Origin: Bacteroidota bacterium | Lineage (GTDB): Bacteria > Bacteroidota > Bacteroidia > B-17B0 > Aurantibacillaceae | Length of the DNA stretch: 57,010 bases | NCBI GenBank assembly: GCA_043749245.1 | Contig: JAYVDU010000565.1 | Span: forward strand, 1 to 57,010 | Reading direction: 5' to 3' | Shown: positions 9,895 through 17,621 of the stretch, one piece after another | Layout: each line of letters opens with the position of its first letter | Position numbering within the stretch: the stretch's first letter is position 1 | The notes under the pieces: model-generated | Told to the model about the DNA's origin: nothing | The model's database searches: none | The model's input: the letters and a program-made list of their open reading frames with translations, nothing else | Translations under genes and position numbers: made by a program

Positions 9895-10563
9895 TTAACG
9901 TTGCGAATGGATTAATAAAATACTTGTAGTGATCCCGCTTAAAATCAAAATGCCTCCCGACAATAATTTAACTTGTCTGCTTTTTTTCTTTTGCTGTTTG
10001 TAGGCAATGTTTATTTGATTCGTGAGGTAACTATTTTGTAAGGTCTGTTCCTCGTTAAAATCTCTTAACTGGGTTTCAATTTGTTTTTGTAATACCAATA
10101 TACTGTCCCTGTTGAGGATTCCTTTTTCAAGTCTAGCAATGGTCGTATCGCATTGTGTATCGCTACTATCCCTGATGCTACTTAGTTCATGGATTAAGGG
10201 TGTAATGGTGTCATTAATGCTACTGTCTTTTTTTGCAAAATAATGTATAGCGTTTTGCAATAGTACTTGAACAGAATCTGCTTTTTTGCGGTAGCTGTAT
10301 AGTTGTTGCTTGCTTTGTTGGGCAGATTGTTGAAGTGTTTTGTTTTTCTGTTGCAGTTCTGTTATTTTTTTTTCATAGGTCTGTACAAGAGCTTGTTTCT
10401 CTTTTCGCTCTTTTCGCCATTGACTTAGAAAGATAGTGTCCTGAGTTAAGGCGGGATTGTCGTCTGTTTTAGAGGATTTGCCGTTACAGTTGAATACGAA
10501 CAGGGTAATGATGATTAATACAAGTCCTGCAATGATGCCGTTTTTAATGTTTAGTGTTTTCAT
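9895..10563 (-). CDS. u-spanin-like protein: lipoprotein signal, coiled coil, C-terminal TM
   Basis: From internal Met: MKTLNIKNGIIAGLVLIIITLFVFNC (Cys-ended signal). Central region is Q/K-rich coiled coil. C-terminal TM is LLSGGILILSGITTSILLI. Directly downstream of the holin-like and lysin genes. Confidence 0.5.
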   Translation of the reverse strand: MKTLNIKNGIIAGLVLIIITLFVFNCNGKSSKTDDNPALTQDTIFLSQWRKERKEKQALVQTYEKKITELQQKNKTLQQSAQQSKQQLYSYRKKADSVQVLLQNAIHYFAKKDSSINDTITPLIHELSSIRDSSDTQCDTTIARLEKGILNRDSILVLQKQIETQLRDFNEEQTLQNSYLTNQINIAYKQQKKKSRQVKLLSGGILILSGITTSILLIHSQR

Positions 10564-10588
10564 TTTTTTGATGATTGTTTTAATGTGT

Positions 10589-10813
10589 TTATTTGGAATT
10601 ATCATTCGATTTTTTTTCAATGCTGTAACCGAAACAGCCTGTGGCAATTAAACTGACCATAGAATAAAACATATACTCAGGTGTAGTTATGTCAAACACT
10701 AATTGCGTGAGCCAACTGATAATAATTAATAGCATAGAAATAGCAATGACTAATTCCCGTAAGCTATATGAGCCTGTTTTATCTTTGAGGATGTTTTTAA
10801 AAAAGTCAAACAT
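10589..10813 (-). CDS. Holin-like small membrane protein
   Basis: 74 aa with two hydrophobic helices (LVIAISMLLIIISWLTQLVF, MVSLIATGCFGYS). Lies between the endolysin genes and the spanin-like gene. Confidence 0.5.
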   Translation of the reverse strand: MFDFFKNILKDKTGSYSLRELVIAISMLLIIISWLTQLVFDITTPEYMFYSMVSLIATGCFGYSIEKKSNDNSK

Positions 10814-10831
10814 GATTTCTATTGTTAAGGA

Positions 10832-11437
10832 TTAGGCAATTAATTTGTGATAGTTTGTTTTTAAATCATTTCTATAGTAGTATGCACCGAATAGGAGTAA
10901 CAATACACCTCCGACCAAAACATAAGGAGTAGCAGTCGTTTCTGTTGTTGATACTTTTTTTCCGTCCAACTGCTCTAAATGGTAAGCCTTGACGAGTGCG
11001 ATTAAGGCTTTACTATATGTTGGACTTTCAGAGTAACCTGCTTTTTGGAGAGCTTCAGCTTGGGTTTGTGGTGTTCGTGCGATAAATACACCGTGTTTTT
11101 TGTAGCGTGCGTTGTTGAGTAAAAATTGTGTGTGGTCTTTTAAACTATCTAAGACACTTGGATATACTCTGAACAAACTTACAGGCTTACCGTCTTTTGG
11201 TGTATTTAAGGCAACGCTTTTCCCTTTCCAATGTTTATCGGCTTTGATACCAAAATAATTATTCGCTTTTCTAACCGCTGTGCCTTTACCAATACCAAAT
11301 TTTCCATGCTCATCTTTACCACTACTTTCTATAATCATTTGTGCCATTTTGAGTGAGGGAAAAAACCCAGTTCCTTGTACGCTTTTGATAACATCATTAG
11401 CGTTTTTGGAAATAAAAGAATCTGTTTCCTTACTCAT
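10832..11437 (-). CDS. Peptidoglycan hydrolase, glucosaminidase (FlgJ/LytD-type) domain with C-terminal TM anchor
   Basis: MAQMIIESSGKDEHGK...NNYFGIKAD...FRVYPSVLDSLKDHTQFL matches the glucosaminidase domain pattern. C-terminal TM is YVLVGGVLLLLFGAYYY. Confidence 0.8.
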   Translation of the reverse strand: MSKETDSFISKNANDVIKSVQGTGFFPSLKMAQMIIESSGKDEHGKFGIGKGTAVRKANNYFGIKADKHWKGKSVALNTPKDGKPVSLFRVYPSVLDSLKDHTQFLLNNARYKKHGVFIARTPQTQAEALQKAGYSESPTYSKALIALVKAYHLEQLDGKKVSTTETTATPYVLVGGVLLLLFGAYYYRNDLKTNYHKLIA

Positions 11438-11450
11438 GGCACTGTTTATT

Positions 11451-11885
11451 TTAAATGATAGGTTGGTAATGTGCTAACCATGTTTTGACATCAAAACTTG
11501 GGCAGGCTTTGTGAACGTTTGGAAAATCTCGGTGCCCAACAACTTGTGCTTGTGGATACCTGTGAGTGAGTTCCACAATTTTATTGAACATAGTGGCTTG
11601 TTGTTTGATACTTCGGGTGTCTTTTGGTTTACCTAAATTATCGACCCCTCCAATGTAACTCAGACTGATGCATTCGTTATTATGGGCATACACGCCGTTA
11701 CTGTTTTTGCTTTCATCTAATAGCGGTATGATTTCTCCGTCCGCTTTAATGAGGTAATGATAACCTGGTGTATCTCCCCAGCCTTTTACTTCTTTCCAAT
11801 ACCGTTTGATACTTTCTACAGTAGCATTAGGTGATGTTGCTGTACAGTGAATGACAATGTACTTGACGTCTCTTGTTGTTTTCAT
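11451..11885 (-). CDS. N-acetylmuramoyl-L-alanine amidase (Amidase_2/PGRP, T7-lysozyme-like)
   Basis: IVIHCTAT...GYHYLI...VVGHRDF...KACPSFDV carries the Zn-ligand pattern of Amidase_2. Confidence 0.9.
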   Translation of the reverse strand: MKTTRDVKYIVIHCTATSPNATVESIKRYWKEVKGWGDTPGYHYLIKADGEIIPLLDESKNSNGVYAHNNECISLSYIGGVDNLGKPKDTRSIKQQATMFNKIVELTHRYPQAQVVGHRDFPNVHKACPSFDVKTWLAHYQPII

Positions 11886-11913
11886 AAATAGTGATTGTTT
11901 TTTTAATGAATGA

Positions 11914-12744
11914 TTAATGTTTTTTTACGGTCGTGCTTTCTACTAAAAAATAATGGTGTTTATTTTCAAAAAGCTTAAACGCACCACGCTTACAGACTTC
12001 CCGACCTAATACCATATTAGCAGGTACGGGAACACTTGTTCTAGGATTTTTCCAAACTTTAGTAGCTCTTGCTGTAATCAATAGTTGTTGTGGTACTCCT
12101 TCTAAATCACCTAACGTCCATTGATTGCCTTTTTGTTTCAAGCCTATACGTTTAAATTCAGTAAACAATAAATGGCGTTGGTTTTCAGTTTTAAACGTAT
12201 CTAACAAACCTGTTACGATTGTTTTTCTAACTCGACCTGTCAGTGAAAAAACGAAAAATTTATTGACCGTAATATATTCCTGTACAGTATGGATATATTT
12301 TAAGTATTTATAGGCTCTTGTAAAATCGATATTCAAATATGCCATTTGTAAGCCTTTGGCAAGCATCGCAGGCGTTAATTTGCTTTTAATACTATCCTTT
12401 ACCGTTTTTCTGAAATTTTTAATCGGGCTTACGATTTGTGAAATGTAACTTTTTGTAGAATCCTGTTCATTAGCAGGCGTAGCCTGCTCTTTTTTGTGAG
12501 TATTCGCCGTTTGGGTACTTGTCTTTTTTTTGACTTTTACGGTATTAGGGTGATAGGGATTTTCTGCATTAAAATCAGGGCTATCTGTATCAACAGGTTG
12601 TGTTTGCTTATGTTTTTTCCAGTAACTGATGCCGAAAAAAGTTAAAATAGTGGTTGCTAATAAACCAAGCCCTACTAAAAGGTATGTTCTTTTTTTAGAA
12701 CTTCCGTTTGTAGAAGTGCTGCTATTATTTGATGTTTTTGCCAT
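11914..12744 (-). CDS. Membrane-anchored hypothetical protein
   Basis: 276 aa with N-terminal TM YLLVGLGLLATTILTFFGISYW. Confidence 0.55.
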   Translation of the reverse strand: MAKTSNNSSTSTNGSSKKRTYLLVGLGLLATTILTFFGISYWKKHKQTQPVDTDSPDFNAENPYHPNTVKVKKKTSTQTANTHKKEQATPANEQDSTKSYISQIVSPIKNFRKTVKDSIKSKLTPAMLAKGLQMAYLNIDFTRAYKYLKYIHTVQEYITVNKFFVFSLTGRVRKTIVTGLLDTFKTENQRHLLFTEFKRIGLKQKGNQWTLGDLEGVPQQLLITARATKVWKNPRTSVPVPANMVLGREVCKRGAFKLFENKHHYFLVESTTVKKH

Positions 12745-12757
12745 GTATAGATGTTTT

Positions 12758-13498
12758 TTAGCCTTTGGGTTTTTTAACGATTAGGTTCATATAAGTGGAA
12801 TATTCCCAAAACTCCAACTCAGATTTAAGGTCGCTGATGAAACTGCTTTTGTATTCACGTTGATAAGCAATGCCCATTTTTATAAAATCTTTTTGTGTAG
12901 GGATCTCCATAAAAACTGTTTTGATTGCTTTTTCATCTGTGCCGGGCAAAAAGCTATACGTTTTATCAAAGGCGGATTTTAAACGCCTTGCCCAATTGAT
13001 ATAGAGGACATCTTTCGCAACTTTTTGCCCTGTTTTTTCTGGCTTGGATTCTTTAATGAACATCATCTCATCATATTCTGAGGATTCTAATTCATCTTTC
13101 ATATCCTGCAATAAGTTTGTATGAAACTGATTACTGTATTCTATCATTACCTGACTCCACTGCTCTTTACTTTTGAGCGTTCCCATCAGGTAGCGGAGTT
13201 TCACAAGGTCTGTTCCTGGTACACCATCATTTTCAAAAGCCATTTTTATTTGCTTGGCTATGGTTTGTGGCGAACCATCATTAAAACTTTTGAAGTCTGA
13301 TTTTTTTTCTTTGTGTTTTTTTATGCCACGGTTAATGAAAAAAAATCCTGCCCCTACAATTAAACTCACTGCAATACCATAACCTAACTTTTCTTTTAGG
13401 CTCATACCATCTTGTTTAGAGGATATTATCTGATTCGGGTATATCAATTCGTTCGTCATGCTTGACAGATAATTATAGTCCCAATGCTTTTTTAGCAA
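12758..13498 (-). CDS. Membrane-anchored hypothetical protein (start may be the Met at 13459)
   Basis: 246 aa with TM GYGIAVSLIVGAGFFFI. The longest ORF overlaps the upstream gene, so the internal Met is plausible. Confidence 0.55.
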   Translation of the reverse strand: MLKKHWDYNYLSSMTNELIYPNQIISSKQDGMSLKEKLGYGIAVSLIVGAGFFFINRGIKKHKEKKSDFKSFNDGSPQTIAKQIKMAFENDGVPGTDLVKLRYLMGTLKSKEQWSQVMIEYSNQFHTNLLQDMKDELESSEYDEMMFIKESKPEKTGQKVAKDVLYINWARRLKSAFDKTYSFLPGTDEKAIKTVFMEIPTQKDFIKMGIAYQREYKSSFISDLKSELEFWEYSTYMNLIVKKPKG

Positions 13499-13655
13499 AG
13501 GCAGTTTTTACAGGTTCGTTTTCTACCACATGAGCTAATCGTTCGAGTTCTCTGGTATTGAGCTTAGATGTCAATACCATGAGGGATTTCATTTTACTAT
13601 CGGCTTCCTGTTCACTGTTCGCACTAATGGCGATGTCATACTGATACTTTTTCAT
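13473..13655 (-). CDS. Small hypothetical protein
   Basis: 60-aa ORF co-directional in the operon. Confidence 0.4.
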   Translation of the reverse strand: MKKYQYDIAISANSEQEADSKMKSLMVLTSKLNTRELERLAHVVENEPVKTAFAKKALGL

Positions 13656-13726
13656 GTTGCTATGTTTTTGAATGAATATTTTCGTCTTTTATCTTGTATC
13701 TTTTATCATGTGCCCCCTTAATGGTA

Positions 13727-14593
13727 TTAAGCGGTTGTTGTTTTATTTTCCAACAGTTCCAAGATGGGTTCAATTTGTTTTTTGTTTTGGCTCAATCGGT
13801 CTAATATTTCAATGACATCGAAAATCTCTTGTTCTGTAAAACTTTTTTGGAGTTCACGAAACAACTCTAAAAAATGCACTTCGCTTTCAGTTAATGCGGG
13901 AGTTGCATTTGTTTTTTTAGTAAAAGTGGCTTCGGTGTCTTGTTGAGGAGTAGAGGGGAGTTGCTGCTGTTGAGTGTCATCGTCAATTATTTTAGCAAGA
14001 CCATCTAAGCCTGCAATCTTACCAATGAGGTGTGTATTTTTCCGTAACAAGCCATCTAAGCCATTCATCAAGAGTGTGCTCAAATCAATACCACCTATTT
14101 TATTACCATTGGCTTTGGCTTTCTCTATACCTTGTTCCAATAATTCCACATAACTATTTTGCTCTTCCAATTCGGTGTTTAATCCTGCTATTTCTGTTTG
14201 TAATTGTTGAATAATTTGTGATTCAGCTAGATATTTATCCCGGTTGGATTTGAGTTCGGTTACTTCATGTTTCGTAAGCATTTTATAAGAAACTCCGTCC
14301 AAGCTCATTTCTAAGGCTTCTTGTGAGCTTTTAGCTTTCATGCTAAACACGTATTGGTCGTTACGTGGTGATGTGCCTGTGTTATAAATCAGAATTTTTA
14401 TTTGCCTCGTGTCTGCGGTCATGTAATTTTCATAACCATCAAACTCATTAGGGTCATCCGTTTTTTGTACGGCTTTTAAACTATCCACAAAAATTTCGTA
14501 AAATTTTGGATTACCTTTTTGGGCTTGTGCTTCTAAATGAACTTTTAATCTGTCCACTTTTTGTTGGTCGAATTTGTCAAATTGTATTGGCAT
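13727..14593 (-). CDS. Coiled-coil protein (scaffold-like candidate)
   Basis: 288 aa with a central heptad-like stretch QQLQTEIAGLNTELEEQNSYVELLEQGIEKAK. Carries MNGLDG and AGLDG motifs. Confidence 0.55.
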   Translation of the reverse strand: MPIQFDKFDQQKVDRLKVHLEAQAQKGNPKFYEIFVDSLKAVQKTDDPNEFDGYENYMTADTRQIKILIYNTGTSPRNDQYVFSMKAKSSQEALEMSLDGVSYKMLTKHEVTELKSNRDKYLAESQIIQQLQTEIAGLNTELEEQNSYVELLEQGIEKAKANGNKIGGIDLSTLLMNGLDGLLRKNTHLIGKIAGLDGLAKIIDDDTQQQQLPSTPQQDTEATFTKKTNATPALTESEVHFLELFRELQKSFTEQEIFDVIEILDRLSQNKKQIEPILELLENKTTTA

Positions 14594-14672
14594 CTTTTTT
14601 AGTTTTTAATGGTTAATTTTTAATGTTGAATGGTTACGTGAATCTTTTGTTTTATGTCTCTTGTCTTTTATC

Positions 14673-14987
14673 CTAATTCCTTGGAATGACTTGTATAAAG
14701 CGAACGTGTTTGATGTCTGATGAATAATTGTAAAGGATTATTTTACCTTGATGTTCGTATTGCTGTTCACTAATATTACTTTCGCTTAAATCGTATATGC
14801 CAAATTCTGACTGTATGGATATATCGGCTACTTCATCTAATTGTATAAAAAATTGGTTATCCGCATCTATTTCTATGGTTTCCATTGACCGTAATACAAG
14901 GTGTTTGAACCGTAAAAAATAATTAGAGCCTACACCAATGTCATTCATGCGACGAGGGATATATTCTAAGGCTAATGCAATGGTCAT
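14673..14987 (-). CDS. Small beta-rich hypothetical protein (virion component candidate)
   Basis: 104-aa ORF, one of four consecutive small ORFs with alternating hydrophobic beta-strand-like patterns. Confidence 0.5.
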   Translation of the reverse strand: MTIALALEYIPRRMNDIGVGSNYFLRFKHLVLRSMETIEIDADNQFFIQLDEVADISIQSEFGIYDLSESNISEQQYEHQGKIILYNYSSDIKHVRFIQVIPRN

Positions 14988-14998
14988 GGTTCTTGGTT

Positions 14999-15466
14999 TT
15001 ATTTATTTTCAATCCAGACATATATCATTACGGTATAACTGTATGGCATTGGTAATAGTAATTGGTCTTTGTAAATTCCCTGAACGATGGTGATGTTGCC
15101 ATCAACCTTGATAGGGTCTTCAAATGAGTGTGTTTGATGTGTATATGGTGTAGGGCTAAATTTTCGTGATGTAAAATCGGTATGAATAAAATTTTGATAG
15201 AGTTTTAATTCTTGTGAATAAAAGATGTTCGCTCGTTCAAAGCTTTGTAATTTGAGCTCGCCTAAGAGGGTGTTTCTGTACATCTTCATAAACCCATCTC
15301 TGAGATTAAAAACAGGATGCGTTGGTAATGTTCCTGAATGCCACCTCATACTCATTTCAACGCCAATGATATTATGGGCTTGTCTTGGAATTTTTATATC
15401 AAAGACTTTGACCTGATTTGGAGAATCTATAAGCAGGCTTTTGATAATGACAATTTCTTTATTCAT
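14999..15466 (-). CDS. Small beta-rich hypothetical protein (virion component candidate)
   Basis: 155-aa ORF, co-directional. Confidence 0.5.
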   Translation of the reverse strand: MNKEIVIIKSLLIDSPNQVKVFDIKIPRQAHNIIGVEMSMRWHSGTLPTHPVFNLRDGFMKMYRNTLLGELKLQSFERANIFYSQELKLYQNFIHTDFTSRKFSPTPYTHQTHSFEDPIKVDGNITIVQGIYKDQLLLPMPYSYTVMIYVWIENK

Positions 15467-15499
15467 GTTTCTTCGTGTATGAGATTTTAAACCGAATGT

Positions 15500-15883
15500 T
15501 TAGATGTTACTTTCAATAAAACAGTACACATAAAGTGACACACGATAAGGTGTGAATTGACCACGACCATCTTCGTTATCCTGATAGGAGAACTTAATCG
15601 TCCCATTGCCCGGGCTTGTATTATCTAATTTATAATAGCGTTGATTAGGTGGAACGTTAATGCCTGACATTAAAAGTTTGCTTTCGTAATTGTCTGGAAA
15701 ACATTCATCTCCATTCATTTCAATTTTTTGCGAACCTCTGTAATACAATAAATCGTCTTTATCCGAAGTCAATAACATACCATTAATCGCTATAACGTTT
15801 TTATCTAACTCAAAGGGTTTACTGATGCTTTGATTGTTAGCGGTAATTTGTATATCAAATCGTTTTATTATTGGCTTTAACAT
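15500..15883 (-). CDS. Small beta-rich hypothetical protein (virion component candidate)
   Basis: 127-aa ORF, co-directional. Confidence 0.5.
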   Translation of the reverse strand: MLKPIIKRFDIQITANNQSISKPFELDKNVIAINGMLLTSDKDDLLYYRGSQKIEMNGDECFPDNYESKLLMSGINVPPNQRYYKLDNTSPGNGTIKFSYQDNEDGRGQFTPYRVSLYVYCFIESNI

Positions 15884-15904
15884 GATGCAAATTTTTTAAG
15901 ATTG

Positions 15905-15940
15905 GTGAATAAAGCCCGCAGTAAAATAGATACTGCGGGC
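15905..15940 (-). terminator. Strong hairpin directly after the 239-aa gene
   Basis: gcccgcagt / aaaatagat / actgcgggc gives a 9-bp GC-rich perfect stem. A T-run follows on the minus strand. Confidence 0.6.
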
Positions 15941-15952
15941 ATGGGGCTTTTA

Positions 15953-16672
15953 TTACGGAGTGGTAATCGTTCCGTGTAAGCCTAAATAGATATGCGTTTT
16001 GGGATCCATACCATCCGTTGTACCAAACTCAAAAGTTGCTTCTATTAATACGTCATCATGTATCAAGCGTGGATTTGCCAATTTGTAATAACCTATCGGC
16101 ACTTGGTTGTAGCTTGATGTTTTAAACAAGTTCATACTGCTTTCTGGCACGATGACTTTTTTATTGGCTTTGAGATTAAACTCTCCTGTGGCAATGGCAG
16201 GGAAATCCTCTATTTTACCATAAGGAGCTGACATGATTTTATCAACGGTAAGGTCGGCAGGCACACCAGCTAATACTATAATACCACTTACCAAAAAGGC
16301 TTGATTCTTTGGCAATTTTGCGCTTGATAAGGAATTTAAACCTATGGCTTTGGTGTCCTGTGTTTCAAACATCTTGACTGTTTTACTCGCTACTTTTTTA
16401 ATACTATATAAAATAGTATCGGCTAATCGTAACTCACCTTTCCTTACACCTTCTTGTATATGAGGTGGTAGTTCACCAAAAAACTTTTCCATTTCTCCTC
16501 TCGAACCTCTGCTTGGTGAAGGGTTTGACGTGAGCTTATTAATAAGTCTTTGACGTTTTATTGGGTTCATATTTCTTAATGCGCCTAGAAGCTCGTCGCC
16601 TTCTAATCCGTCGAGTCCAAACAACGCTCCTACGTTGTTGTATTCCTCTATTCCTTCCATGATGTCTAACAT
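15953..16672 (-). CDS. Hypothetical protein, candidate major structural protein
   Basis: 239 aa with a beta-rich C-terminal ~180 aa. The N-terminal 25 aa carry FGLDGLEG. A strong hairpin follows the gene. Confidence 0.5.
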   Translation of the reverse strand: MLDIMEGIEEYNNVGALFGLDGLEGDELLGALRNMNPIKRQRLINKLTSNPSPSRGSRGEMEKFFGELPPHIQEGVRKGELRLADTILYSIKKVASKTVKMFETQDTKAIGLNSLSSAKLPKNQAFLVSGIIVLAGVPADLTVDKIMSAPYGKIEDFPAIATGEFNLKANKKVIVPESSMNLFKTSSYNQVPIGYYKLANPRLIHDDVLIEATFEFGTTDGMDPKTHIYLGLHGTITTP

Positions 16673-16977
16673 TGTTTTTCGTTTTTTTGGTTATACTTTT
16701 TTGAATTATTTATTTTTAATATTTATTTGATATACTGTTGTTGAGTTTATTGAAACTTTACTTCCGAAACGGCATAGGATGTCCCCGTAAAGTCAAGTCT
16801 TTTTTTTGACGGTTAATTGTTGTAACTAAAATGTGTGTGAATGATTAAGCGTTGATACGCTAATTTTGTTTTATAAAAGGGAGGTAGTTACACCGATTAC
16901 ACTCGGTTCACTTATCGTTTATACATTTTTTAACCGTGAATGGATAACTACCGTCCCTTTGTTTTTTATAAGAGGAT

Positions 16978-17583
16978 TTAATAAATCTTATAATGCTCTG
17001 CTCCTGATACATCGTCATTTCCACCTGCAAATTGTTTGTTCTCAAATTGTTCGGCATGACGTTGGATTTCTCGCTCAATATCATCCAAACTACCCATGTC
17101 TAAAGAAGCATTGGGATTGAAATAAGTCGTCTCGCCTAAACCTTCCGCTCCATTGTCATTGTTGGTTTCCGTTTTCTTTTTACTGATAAGGTTTTTAATT
17201 TTATCTAAGTACAAGCGTTCTTTTAAATCCTGACCAAATGCTTTTAAACGTTCTTTTGCCCCATCAAATCCTTCAACGCCTTCAGCTCCTGTCCCGCTCA
17301 TTCCCTTAACAGCACCATAAGTACTACTGGCTAACATACCTGTTCCTAATGCCATTATTTTATTGGATTTATAATAATGACCTGCCATGATAACACCTAA
17401 GCCAAGAAGCAAAGAGGGTCTTCCAATAGCCACGCCTGCACCTGCACCAACGACCCCGACTACTCCTGTTTTGAGCATTTCTATTGCACTGTTTTTTATA
17501 TCGCCCTCTGTTTCAAGTTCGTTTTTTAAAAATGCCATGATTTTTGTTTTTTTATCATGGGCTTTGATTGCTATACTACTCAT
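16978..17583 (-). CDS. Gly-rich membrane protein
   Basis: 201 aa with TM-like segments GVVGVVGAGAGVAIG and LLLGLGVIMAG. Confidence 0.55.
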   Translation of the reverse strand: MSSIAIKAHDKKTKIMAFLKNELETEGDIKNSAIEMLKTGVVGVVGAGAGVAIGRPSLLLGLGVIMAGHYYKSNKIMALGTGMLASSTYGAVKGMSGTGAEGVEGFDGAKERLKAFGQDLKERLYLDKIKNLISKKKTETNNDNGAEGLGETTYFNPNASLDMGSLDDIEREIQRHAEQFENKQFAGGNDDVSGAEHYKIY

Positions 17584-17621
17584 GTGATAAATTTTTTATA
17601 GTGAATACTTTAGTTATGATT

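Noticed and set aside
16879-16957. Possibility that the structured 79-nt element is a tRNA, for example a suppressor that could explain the in-frame stops.
   Set aside because: The closing stem is 12 bp rather than 7. There is no D-loop GG or T-loop TTCRA consensus on either strand. No 7-nt anticodon loop is in the right place.
16866-17120. 84-aa plus-strand ORF (TTG start) spanning the structured spacer and the 3' end of the minus-strand gene 16978-17583.
   Set aside because: It is opposite in direction to the uniformly minus-strand operon. It overlaps a confident gene and starts at a non-ATG codon.
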